The notes: a model not told the origin generated them from the letters alone. Positions 27,859 through 36,483 are shown, counted from the first letter of the stretch. The stretch: DNA of 64,000 bases from a virus (IMGVR_UViG_3300034072_002212:94417-158416), one strand, 5' to 3'. A program made the numbers and translations.

Positions 27859-28029
27859 TTACTGGCGGCCTGCGAACTTCTTCATTGCTTCATAAGCAAT
27901 GCGAGCACTCTCCATGAGCTCCTGGAAGTCGGCATTGTCAGCATTCTGCGCCTTCCAAGCCTCAAGGCGGGCGCGCTGATCAGCGTTAATGGACATAAAA
28001 ATCTTCTCCTGAGAAGTGGGCTTCTGCAT
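27859..28029 (-). CDS. Small hypothetical protein
   Basis: AAGGAG RBS before MQKPTSQ; late promoter 28140-28145. Confidence 0.6.
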   Translation of the reverse strand: MQKPTSQEKIFMSINADQRARLEAWKAQNADNADFQELMESARIAYEAMKKFAGRQ

Positions 28030-28139
28030 GGTATAACTCCTTTTCACCAGGACCTTCAATATCTTCCTGGTTGGCTAAGTAGGCAGTAACCTTGAAACCG
28101 GCGGGTTCTCAAGTCGACCACCTGCGACTGAACTACCCA
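28030..28139 (-). ncRNA. Small structured RNA / structured leader just downstream of ro60
   Basis: GGUAGU/ACUGCC closing stem encloses AGUCG/CGACU and GAACC/GGUUU hairpins; starts right after TAAATA. Confidence 0.35.
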
Positions 28140-28198
28140 TATTTATGTATGCAGAAAACTCGGTTGGGACGGAGATAAATTGATTTTCAGTCATGGAA

Positions 28199-28224
28199 AT
28201 GGGGAGGATGTTTCCATCCTCCCC
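28199..28224 (-). terminator. Terminator after ro60
   Basis: GGGGAGGATG-GAAA-CATCCTCCCC followed by AUUU. Confidence 0.7.
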
Positions 28225-28235
28225 ACACCGTGGCC

Positions 28236-29975
28236 TTACTTCGCGAAGAAGTCCGACATGATCTGCGGAGCAGCCGTGTCGAAACCAACAACGTCCATCA
28301 TACCGCTGTCCTTGGGATCAGCGATGGTCACGTTCGTTGCGGTCATACCAACCACAGCCGACTTCGCGGGGATGCCGGTCTTCTGGCGGTATGCCTTCAG
28401 CGCCTGCGAGGGTGCCTGACGACCCGCATAAGTCTCATTGTCGGTGTAAACCGCAAAGGACTCGACGGGCAGCTTGCGCTCCAGGGCCCACTCGAAGGGC
28501 AGCGAACAATCGGTCGAACCGAAGGGCAGACCGCTGATCGTCTTGATCACGTCGTCCAGCCGCTGACGCGGGCTGATCTTCAGGATCGAAACAGGACCAG
28601 CGTCCACGACGTTGGAGTTCTTCGTGCCGCTCGAACCCCAACCGTAGCCGCCGGAGCGACCACCGGTGAAGCCGATGAATTCGTAAGAGCTCTCAACGTT
28701 CGCCGTGATCAGAGCCATCGCAGCCGAAGCAACGCGAGGGTTCAGACCAGGGATGCCTGCGATGTCGCCCGAGCCCATGGAGCCCGAAACGTCCAGCGCC
28801 AGCAGCGTGTTCTTGCCCGTGGGCGTCACGTTGCCGAACGAACCGTAGAACGCCTGATCCAGTGCGTCGGTAACGCGACCGGTAGGAGTCCAGGTCAGGC
28901 TACCCTTGACACCGCGGCCCTGACCATAGGTCCGGAGCGCAGCGAGGATCGCGATCGGGTGAACGCGAGCCCGGCGGATAGCGTCGGAGTCCGACAGCTT
29001 GCTGATGACTAGCTTCTCGGCCGCCGACATGGAAGTCAGCAGACCAACGCTGGACATCTTGCCCAGGTTGCGGATCATCGCCGTCAGAGGCATGTTGGTC
29101 AGCAGAGCCTCCCAGACCTTGGCATCATTCAGGAACTGAGTGGGGATCGCCTCACGGGGGAGGTTGTGATCCTGGATCAGCTTGATGATGTCCTTGGCCG
29201 AAGTTGCCTGCTTCGCCGCCTCGAAAGCGAGGATCTGCGGGTGGAGGATCGTCGAAGCGTCCTGGCGTGCCAGGCGAACCTCGTCCTCGAGAACTGCAGA
29301 GCCACGGACATAGTCCGAAGCGCCGACCGCGCTCATACCGCCGACCATCCAGCGCAGAACTGCGTCACGTGCCGCGTCGTCCGACTTGGGGTGACCCAGA
29401 CGGAGCATGTCGCGGTGCGACCAGCCATCGCGCTGCTGATATTTGATTGCCTGGTTGGCCAGACGATCCAGCGGCATCTCGAGATACCAGTTGCCCACCG
29501 CGCGACGGAGCGCACGACCCCAACCGCGAACACCATCGACGAACGCAGCGAAGTGGAACAGGTGGGTGCCGATACGCGCGACCTTGGGCAGCGCAGCCAG
29601 AGCAGCCTTGCGGGTTGCCTCACTGTCAGCCGCCGAAGCGAGTGCCAGCACGAACAGCGCAGGGTCGTTCTTGGGAGCGCGACCAGCATCGCTGATCTCG
29701 ACCACACGGTTGACCACACGGACACCGTCCTCGGCGATCAGACGCAGAACGTTCTGAGCCGCAGCCTTGGTCAGTTCCTTCTCACCCACATAGTAGGTGC
29801 CGCCCTCGGTGCCGAGGATCAGGAACCGGTCCAGCTGGTCCCACGGGGAGACGACGAAGCTGAAGCCGCCGGCGTTGTTCTTGGTCATCTCCGCCTCGCG
29901 GCCGGGGATTGCCTGGGTTTGTGGGGTCTGGTTGGGCAGAATTGCGCCCATGAGAGTCTTGGTCGACTTCGACAT
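28236..29975 (-). CDS. rsr: Ro60/TROVE-domain RNA-binding protein (Rsr)
   Basis: NNAGGF, RFLILGTEGGTYY, GWGRALRRA, KYQQRDGWSHRDMLRLGHP, MPLTAMIRNL, vWA LALDVSGSM and YTDNET; GGAGG RBS before MSKSTK. Confidence 0.95.
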   Translation of the reverse strand: MSKSTKTLMGAILPNQTPQTQAIPGREAEMTKNNAGGFSFVVSPWDQLDRFLILGTEGGTYYVGEKELTKAAAQNVLRLIAEDGVRVVNRVVEISDAGRAPKNDPALFVLALASAADSEATRKAALAALPKVARIGTHLFHFAAFVDGVRGWGRALRRAVGNWYLEMPLDRLANQAIKYQQRDGWSHRDMLRLGHPKSDDAARDAVLRWMVGGMSAVGASDYVRGSAVLEDEVRLARQDASTILHPQILAFEAAKQATSAKDIIKLIQDHNLPREAIPTQFLNDAKVWEALLTNMPLTAMIRNLGKMSSVGLLTSMSAAEKLVISKLSDSDAIRRARVHPIAILAALRTYGQGRGVKGSLTWTPTGRVTDALDQAFYGSFGNVTPTGKNTLLALDVSGSMGSGDIAGIPGLNPRVASAAMALITANVESSYEFIGFTGGRSGGYGWGSSGTKNSNVVDAGPVSILKISPRQRLDDVIKTISGLPFGSTDCSLPFEWALERKLPVESFAVYTDNETYAGRQAPSQALKAYRQKTGIPAKSAVVGMTATNVTIADPKDSGMMDVVGFDTAAPQIMSDFFAK

Positions 29976-30064
29976 ATTGACTTCCTCCATTTTCGGCTCG
30001 TGAAACCCACGAGCAAGGTTGGTCCCTGACATTAGGACCGGATCAGTCTCGATCTGAAGCTCTG

Positions 30065-30361
30065 TTAGAGCGGCAAACGACTTTCGTCAAGTGCCTTTTT
30101 CAGAGCTGACAAGGTTTCTTCCGGAGAAGAAAAAGTCTTGTTCATATGAACCGGCTTGCTGATCATCACGTGGATCATGTTCTCTCCGAAGAATCGAATG
30201 AGACCAAAACCCTCGAAGCGACCGTTGCCGGGCTTGCGGTTGTTCCAACGAGTGCGCCACGCCTTGTTGACGTTGTGCTCGTAATTGCTTTCGACGCCCA
30301 GCAGATCTGCGACGTCCTGGTAGAACTTCTCTTCTACCGACACAGTTTCGTTTTCCATCAT
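30065..30361 (-). CDS. Hypothetical protein
   Basis: 98 aa; late promoter 30365-30370. Confidence 0.65.
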   Translation of the reverse strand: MMENETVSVEEKFYQDVADLLGVESNYEHNVNKAWRTRWNNRKPGNGRFEGFGLIRFFGENMIHVMISKPVHMNKTFSSPEETLSALKKALDESRLPL

Positions 30362-30399
30362 TCCTATTTAAGCACAGGAATGGGAAAACGTCAACCCAA

Positions 30400-31241
30400 A
30401 AAGAATGGGGTGGAGGGCTGGGCGAACCATACCCTCCGGGTTATTCCCATATAGGGAATTGGTTGAGATTGGTCTGGACCGAGATCCAGCGCCCTACTTT
30501 GCGTCATCAACAACGTAGCACTTTGAGCTCAAGGCTCGAGAGCAAGTGTGAAGGTGGACCGGGCTAGACTATCATGATAGAGATCATGATACCTATATCT
30601 CCCTAGGCAGGCCGAAGCCTGTTTCCACGTTGTTGAGTCAGCGTTTTCGGGTCTTCTCTATTTGTCATAGATAACCCACCAACATCGGCTCTTCGATCTG
30701 TTGACACTTGCCCCTGAAGTGTCAGTAAGTCTCCGGAGACCGGAGTCTCCGGAGGGGCGAGTAGGCTAGGTCTGTCCAGCACCAACCCGCGGGGCTCAAT
30801 TGAGTGGTTCGACTTGGCCCACTCGACCTAGGGAGACTATGCCTTTCATCTCCCGGCGCAGCAAGGGGTGAATTTCCGCTAGGCCCCCATTGTTTCCGAT
30901 CCAGGTAGCTAAGGAGGGACCAAAACCTGGGACTTATGACCGAAGCCAGCCCACCCTCTTTATTCGTTCCTTCCGGTTTTGGCTAGCCGGCGGAACTACT
31001 TACCCGACCCACAAATGCCTAGGGCGGGGCGAGGGGTGATCCTTCCCTCGACAAAGCTACCTTGGAGGGTTTCCCCTCAGATCACTAGAGACCCTGTTAA
31101 GGACCTCGTTGCACTTCATCCGGTCAATTCCGGATCTCTTGTCCTCCCCCGGCGCCACCCGGGCGATACCTTTATGTGTCAGCACACATCCCAGTCACCA
31201 AGAACAAGATATATGGGTTCAAGGGCCGAAGCCCCTCAGTG
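30400..31241 (-). ncRNA. Large (~800 nt) highly structured non-coding RNA candidate
   Basis: No credible ORF; TAAATA at 31246-31251; three cUUCGg, one cUCCGg and a GAAA tetraloop, all reading correctly on the minus strand; several 7-10 bp long-range helices; 5'/3' ends pair. Confidence 0.8.
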
Positions 31242-31245
31242 CCTG

Positions 31246-31251
31246 TATTTA
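31246..31251 (-). promoter_or_regulatory. T4-type late promoter core TAAATA driving the large ncRNA
   Basis: Same hexamer sits upstream of most late operons (e.g. 1555, 2447, 9269, 16405, 20452, 24082, 26746, 28140, 30365, 33798, 39502, 60756, 61616 on minus; 2436, 44307, 49642 on plus). Confidence 0.7.
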
Positions 31252-31356
31252 AGGAAATACACAAAAAATGGGCTCAAAGCAACCTTTTTCTGCAGATTTT
31301 CTCACCAGTCATGGAAATGGGCCGACATTTCTGCCGACCCACTCCCTTTGTGTGCC

Positions 31357-33759
31357 TTACTGGAACAGCGCGCCGAGGTCGTCGCCGGTTGCCACAATAC
31401 GGACTGGAATGTAGATGAACTCAATCGCCTGAACTGGCTGGATCGCAATGTCCACCCACAGTTCGTGACGGTCGATACGCTCTGGAGTGTTGTTGGACTC
31501 GTCGCAGACCACGATGAAGTCGTAGAGACCGCGCAGACCAACAAGGTCAGCCAGGAAGCGTTCGAAGGTCGTCTTGACCGAGTCACGAGTCTGGAAGTCG
31601 TTTGGCTCGAAGAGGAATGGCTTCGAGATGTTATCCAGATTGTAACGCAGGTAGTTGACCAGACGCGCCACGTTGATACGATCCAGCGAGGTATCGAGGT
31701 TGTGACGGGTCTTCTGACCATACACGACCAGACCGCGGTTTGGAATGTATGCGATTGGGTTGATCTTGTTGCTGTAGAGGAGGTCACGCTGACCGTTGTT
31801 CAGCATTGCTGCCTTGAACTCACCCTGGTCATCCAGGTAACCCACGCTAGAAGCGTTGGTGACCAGACCACGAGTGAAACCAGCTGGAGCCATCCACTGA
31901 TAGCTAACAGAGTCGTTGTAAGCGAGGGTGCGGAGTGCGATGGTCGATGGTGGGACCATGATCTCGTTACCGTCGACGTTGGTGCTCAGACCCCATGGGT
32001 AATACATACCCACGTATGGGTTGAAAGTGCTGACGCCTGCCTCACTGTTGCCGTTCGAAGAGTTGGTTGCGAACTTCTGGATTTCAGCACCAGTTGGCTT
32101 CAGACGGGCTGGGGTGTCGCCGACGATGAAAGCAACTTCCTTCATGTCGGTGTTCAGGGTCACCATCTCGTCGATGAGCTCGATGTAACCAGGAGCAGCC
32201 AGCAGGTTGAAGTAAACGGTCTCTGCGCGAATGTCTTCGTTGCTCGAGATCGTGCCAGCGAGTGCCTTGACGATCATCTGACGCTGCGCCTTGCGGCCGA
32301 AGAATGGAACGCCGCTGAGCTGGTAGCCCGAAACGTTCACCCACGAACCGTTGGTGTACTGCTTGACGTCGTTGGTCGAAGCAGCGAGGTCGAACAGCTT
32401 CATACCTTCTGCGTAGTTGACTGCCGAGGTAGAAACTGCCTCACCAAAGGCAATGCCGTCGATTGGGTCGATGTTGTTCTCGACGTTGATCGCCTTCCAA
32501 GCATTGTTGGTGCGACGATACATCTTTGGATAGTTCTCGAGATCCGAAGTGTCCACCCAGAGGTCATTCTCAACCAGCGGAGCGCCAGTGCTCTGAGTGG
32601 TTGGAGCCGAACCAAGTAGGATCACGCCGTTTGCGTCAGTTGCTGGGTAAACCGAACGGTATGCAACCCACTGACCACCCTGGCTGATCTTGACGTTCAC
32701 CGAGAGGTTCTGGTTGTTATACCACAGGGTGCCTTCCTCTGGATCGCTGGTTGGCTCTGCGGAACCAGCCTGCTCACCGAGGTTAACCCAGTTGCTGCCG
32801 TCGAACTTGCGGAAGTTGAAGACCGCACGAGTGTCCTCATGACGCAGGTAAACCGAACCGGTGACCTGTGCCAGAGTGGTTTCACGCTGCTGGCTGTAGA
32901 TTGGAACCAGAGTCTGATCCCAAGCGCCAGTTGCGACGTTGAAGGTCTTCAGCAGCCAAGTTGCTGCCGCAGAGATCGAGGTCACAACGTCTGGAGTGTG
33001 GAGGATCAGAACGCTACCAACTGCGCCGTTCGCTGGGCGGTAGGTGTTGTAGGTCAGGTTCAGGTCAGCCGAAGCACCTGCCGCAACCTTTGCGTTCTTC
33101 CATTCGGAAGTGCCGACAACCTGCCAAGTGCCGTCAACCATCTGGTAGAGGACCTTGGTCTGAGTCAGAACCACCATAGCGAAGTCGCCCTCGACCGCAC
33201 CAGCAATCAGAGGAACTGGAACGCCAGAGATGATCTCAGCAGCTTCAGTGTCAATGGAGTCTTCGTCTTCAACGACCCAGAGATCGCGCTCAGCCCACTC
33301 GCTGCCAGTGTACTCGTAGATGCCCCAGGTGTTGTTCTGAGTGTCGAGCCAGTTGGTGCCGTGAGCAGCTTCAGCACGTGGCGCAGTTGCGCGTGGCATC
33401 AGCTGAGCATAGTCGATCGCTGCGCGAATGACGAACGCGCGGTTAGCAATACCAAGATACTGGTATGCCGCATGGAGACCGAACTCGTTGAGTTCGTAAC
33501 CGTGAACAGCAGAGCCGTTCTTGGTGTAGAAAATTGGGTTGCCGAACGTCTGGAGGAGCTCGCGCTGGCTCGTGATTGGGTAGAGCTTGTTCGCGTTCTC
33601 AGGAAGGGTGCCCTCAGCAACACCGCTACCACTTGGCAGCGACTTGTATTCGTGCGTGCCGATGATGATCAGCGGAACAGTGCCTTCACCAGCCGTTGCG
33701 TAGTTGGATTCGTCGGTTACGGTAACAGAAGTACCGGGCGACACTAGAGGATAAACCAT
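31357..33759 (-). CDS. gp18: Tail sheath protein (gp18)
   Basis: LVSPGTSVTVTDES, ELNEFGL, YYPWG, PAGFTRG, INPI, YGQKT, LDRINVARL, FEPND. Confidence 0.95.
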   Translation of the reverse strand: MVYPLVSPGTSVTVTDESNYATAGEGTVPLIIIGTHEYKSLPSGSGVAEGTLPENANKLYPITSQRELLQTFGNPIFYTKNGSAVHGYELNEFGLHAAYQYLGIANRAFVIRAAIDYAQLMPRATAPRAEAAHGTNWLDTQNNTWGIYEYTGSEWAERDLWVVEDEDSIDTEAAEIISGVPVPLIAGAVEGDFAMVVLTQTKVLYQMVDGTWQVVGTSEWKNAKVAAGASADLNLTYNTYRPANGAVGSVLILHTPDVVTSISAAATWLLKTFNVATGAWDQTLVPIYSQQRETTLAQVTGSVYLRHEDTRAVFNFRKFDGSNWVNLGEQAGSAEPTSDPEEGTLWYNNQNLSVNVKISQGGQWVAYRSVYPATDANGVILLGSAPTTQSTGAPLVENDLWVDTSDLENYPKMYRRTNNAWKAINVENNIDPIDGIAFGEAVSTSAVNYAEGMKLFDLAASTNDVKQYTNGSWVNVSGYQLSGVPFFGRKAQRQMIVKALAGTISSNEDIRAETVYFNLLAAPGYIELIDEMVTLNTDMKEVAFIVGDTPARLKPTGAEIQKFATNSSNGNSEAGVSTFNPYVGMYYPWGLSTNVDGNEIMVPPSTIALRTLAYNDSVSYQWMAPAGFTRGLVTNASSVGYLDDQGEFKAAMLNNGQRDLLYSNKINPIAYIPNRGLVVYGQKTRHNLDTSLDRINVARLVNYLRYNLDNISKPFLFEPNDFQTRDSVKTTFERFLADLVGLRGLYDFIVVCDESNNTPERIDRHELWVDIAIQPVQAIEFIYIPVRIVATGDDLGALFQ

Positions 33760-33870
33760 AAACCAGCCCCTTTGCAATCGGTGGATTTCGTTACCAGTAT
33801 TTATCCAGCGGTTGAAAAGGTGGGTGGATTATGTGCTAGGAGAACCTCTACTCTTTTTCAGCTATACAGA

Positions 33871-34473
33871 TTAGTCTTGAAACCAACCAAACAGGTTGCG
33901 AATGGCCCACTTGCCAGCACTGTTGAGCTCTCGAGTGCCAATGCCCGCCCAGACGCCTTGAGGTTTGGGAGGACTTTCGATGGGCTTCCAACCACCCACA
34001 TACTGGAACCACTGCTCATTGTCCTGATCGAACACATAGAGAGGCAGGGGTTCGAACTGAGCCAGCTGCTCATGACGATCCAAGAACATCTGAACCGCCC
34101 AGCCAGTGCCACCGTTCACAACACCATCATGTCGGAACGATGCCACGGCATAGACAGCTTCAGCCCATTGGACCTGATACCAATTGCGTCTCAGAAGCGA
34201 TTTAACGTTCTGTGAACGCTTACCGGGCCAGGGACGCTTCAGGGGCTTGCTGGCCTTCTTCAGGGCTTCGTCGGCCCTTACAAGCTGCTCTTCGGTGAGC
34301 ACCACGAGCTCCTGAGCCGGGGCTTGGCTTCTGTGCCCATCAAAGGACCAGTGAATCACGCTCTGACCATCCCGGCCAGCATTCATCCCCCACTGAAGGT
34401 CAGCACCGTCAGCACCGCCACTCAGGCAGATGTTGCCCTTTAGAGCTTCAAAAAGTGGTTCTTCAGCAGACAT
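33871..34473 (-). CDS. SLOG-superfamily (YspA/DprA-like) nucleotide-binding protein
   Basis: CLSGGADGAD and GGTGWAV glycine-rich motifs. Confidence 0.6.
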   Translation of the reverse strand: MSAEEPLFEALKGNICLSGGADGADLQWGMNAGRDGQSVIHWSFDGHRSQAPAQELVVLTEEQLVRADEALKKASKPLKRPWPGKRSQNVKSLLRRNWYQVQWAEAVYAVASFRHDGVVNGGTGWAVQMFLDRHEQLAQFEPLPLYVFDQDNEQWFQYVGGWKPIESPPKPQGVWAGIGTRELNSAGKWAIRNLFGWFQD

Positions 34474-35102
34474 TCTGTCTTGTCATACAGGTCTTGGATA
34501 GTGCCGTCATTCTCTACCAGATCGGCTTCTTCACCAAGCCATGCCCATTCTGAGACGTGAACCGTTGGGTAGGCAAATGCCATTTCAGGACGATAGTCAT
34601 CATCGCTCTTGGCAGTCTTGAGAGCCAGATCAAACCACTCGGGCTCTGGGCCCCGCTTCACACGGAACAGGAGACCATTATATTGGCGAACCAGCTTGCA
34701 CTCGTTTGGGAAACGGCAATCAGTGATGACCACGCGCTCCTTGTCACGCAAGCGAGCTTCAAGGCTCTTGATCCAGAGATTATTGTCGAAGTGCTGGCGC
34801 ATCACGTCAGTGCCAATGACCTGCATGGCAGCGCGTGGGGTGAATCGACCCAGATACTTGAACGGGGTCTCATTCCAATTGAGCTTGGCTTCCCACCACT
34901 CGTCAGGCGTTTCGCGCCAAGTGCGGCTGTCAGTTGTGTTGCCCTCGAGAAGCGCACGGTCCCAGCCAAAGACCGCTGCGAGCAGATCCTTGAGAGGGTT
35001 CGCGAAGCTTTCGACAACGAAGCCATGTTCACGGACGAGATATTCGCCCGCGGTGTCCTTACCTGAACCCTTGAATCCAAGGATCCCTACTACCTGAGTC
35101 AT
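34440..35102 (-). CDS. Deoxynucleoside monophosphate kinase
   Basis: GFKGSGKDT, SFANPLK, TPR..MQ.IGTD, VITDCRFPNE, HVSE. Confidence 0.92.
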   Translation of the reverse strand: MTQVVGILGFKGSGKDTAGEYLVREHGFVVESFANPLKDLLAAVFGWDRALLEGNTTDSRTWRETPDEWWEAKLNWNETPFKYLGRFTPRAAMQVIGTDVMRQHFDNNLWIKSLEARLRDKERVVITDCRFPNECKLVRQYNGLLFRVKRGPEPEWFDLALKTAKSDDDYRPEMAFAYPTVHVSEWAWLGEEADLVENDGTIQDLYDKTECLLKNHFLKL

Positions 35103-35159
35103 AGAGCCTCACCATTATTTTTGGTGAGACTAACAAACCAGAGTTCAGAAAGTCAGTAT

Positions 35160-35492
35160 TCAGGAGTCTTTGGGTTCCATGGCCAACCGCAACGTGTAGA
35201 TGTGCTGCGAGGCTTCCTGGAGGATGGGCACCACGTAGAGCTTGCCAGTGCCCAGAGGGTCCATGGGCTGGATCAGCGCCATACAGAGGTTATTGACCTC
35301 CAGCCACTCGGGCTTGCCGCCAGCTTCGAGCCGCTCAATCATATTGGCAGCTTCGTTGTGGAGAGGCGTGAGAGGCTTGAACTCTCGGGTGAAGATCATC
35401 GAGCCGTCGAGTGGCCCCGCACCATCATTCACTGGCATGTGATAGATGCCGCGGAGCCTGTCGACTAGCCGAAGCGGCTGCGGATCAGTCAT
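35160..35492 (-). CDS. Hypothetical protein
   Basis: 110 aa ORF in operon. Confidence 0.55.
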   Translation of the reverse strand: MTDPQPLRLVDRLRGIYHMPVNDGAGPLDGSMIFTREFKPLTPLHNEAANMIERLEAGGKPEWLEVNNLCMALIQPMDPLGTGKLYVVPILQEASQHIYTLRLAMEPKDS

Positions 35493-35973
35493 TCGGATAG
35501 AGGCCGAACGACCGCAACAGAACCTTCAGCTGGTCCTTGTCGCCCAGCACATAGGCCGTGGTGATCTCCTCGCGGAAGCACACCTTGAAGCCCGGAGGGC
35601 CACTGACCGGGTCCATCGTGTGGACCTTGGGGTCGATCAGCTTGACCAGCTCATAATCGACCAGGTAGGGGTAGGTCGGATCGACCACCACGTCCGCGAC
35701 GAAGCCCAGCTTCTTCGCTGCCGCGACCACTGCCTGAACCGTTGCGAGATCCAGCTGGCTCTTGTCACCCAGCGCGATGGTCGTACCGAAGCCCTTGGCC
35801 ATCATGTGCCAGTCGACGACTTCCTGAGCCGGCGTCTTGCCCTTCTTCAGAGGCTCGACGACCTCACGCCACGTCAGCTGGTTGCCGGCATGCATCGCAT
35901 GGGCAATGGCCTTACCGGCGCCCAGGCTCGGGAGGTCCGTGCGAACCAAGCAATATGCGTAGATGTCTGCCAA
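35485..35973 (-). CDS. pth2: Peptidyl-tRNA hydrolase II-like protein
   Basis: LVRTDL...GKAIAHAMHA N-terminal motif; EITTAYVLG C-terminal motif. Confidence 0.65.
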   Translation of the reverse strand: MADIYAYCLVRTDLPSLGAGKAIAHAMHAGNQLTWREVVEPLKKGKTPAQEVVDWHMMAKGFGTTIALGDKSQLDLATVQAVVAAAKKLGFVADVVVDPTYPYLVDYELVKLIDPKVHTMDPVSGPPGFKVCFREEITTAYVLGDKDQLKVLLRSFGLYPND

Positions 35974-36024
35974 ATGGGCCTCCTGTTGTTTCTTAGACCC
36001 GCTTTAGCAGAAAGAACGCACCTG

Positions 36025-36483
36025 TCAACCAGTTTGGCTAAGGTAGTGAGCCTGTCGCTTCTGCTGGTATTTGATCGCGTCCTTCTGGCTGGTGAAGTAG
36101 ACGTGATTGTAGAAGGTGTTGTTGGAATGTCCCTTGCCCACCGCAATACGATGAAGAGCACCACCTTCGTGATTTTCATACTCGTATTCGCGGATCTTCT
36201 CCACGGTATCCAGGATTTCTCCATTGGCTCCCTTGGGCAGAAAGCTGCGGAGAGCATTGATCTGACTGGAGACCGTGTTGCCCGTGCGAGTCACAATGAC
36301 CTGATAGATCTTGGACTGGTTGAGACCAATGAGTTGCTCGGGGAAGATGATCGCGCTCTTATAGCCGCGGAGCATCTTCTCACGGTCGCGGTAGGTCTGG
36401 GCCCACTCACCGGTTGCGCTCAGGATACGCCAGGCCTTGTAGCCCTTTGCTCCGATCTTCTTGAAGTCAGTTGCCTCAGCCAT
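36025..36483 (-). CDS. Hypothetical protein
   Basis: 152 aa ORF. Confidence 0.6.
   Translation of the reverse strand: MAEATDFKKIGAKGYKAWRILSATGEWAQTYRDREKMLRGYKSAIIFPEQLIGLNQSKIYQVIVTRTGNTVSSQINALRSFLPKGANGEILDTVEKIREYEYENHEGGALHRIAVGKGHSNNTFYNHVYFTSQKDAIKYQQKRQAHYLSQTG

Noticed and set aside
30603-30785. 60-aa minus-strand ORF inside the structured region
   Set aside because: No RBS, non-phage-like composition, and it sits across perfect RNA helices
30802-30824. GGTTCGACT T-loop-like sequence suggesting a tRNA
   Set aside because: No 5-bp T-stem, cloverleaf or CCA; it is the antisense of a hairpin in the minus-strand RNA. No tRNA genes were recognised in the window
30400-31241. Identification as tmRNA, RNase P RNA, or group I/II intron
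   Set aside because: Lacks the tmRNA GGGGC..GGATTCGAC/TCCACCA ends, the RNase P GAGGAAAGTCC and group II domain V motifs, and interrupts no gene; assignment to GOLLD/ROOL cannot be confirmed without a covariance search
30979-32619. 546-aa plus-strand ORF
   Set aside because: Antisense shadow of the tail sheath gene (biased codon usage keeps the reverse frame open); no RBS or promoter and no recognisable motifs
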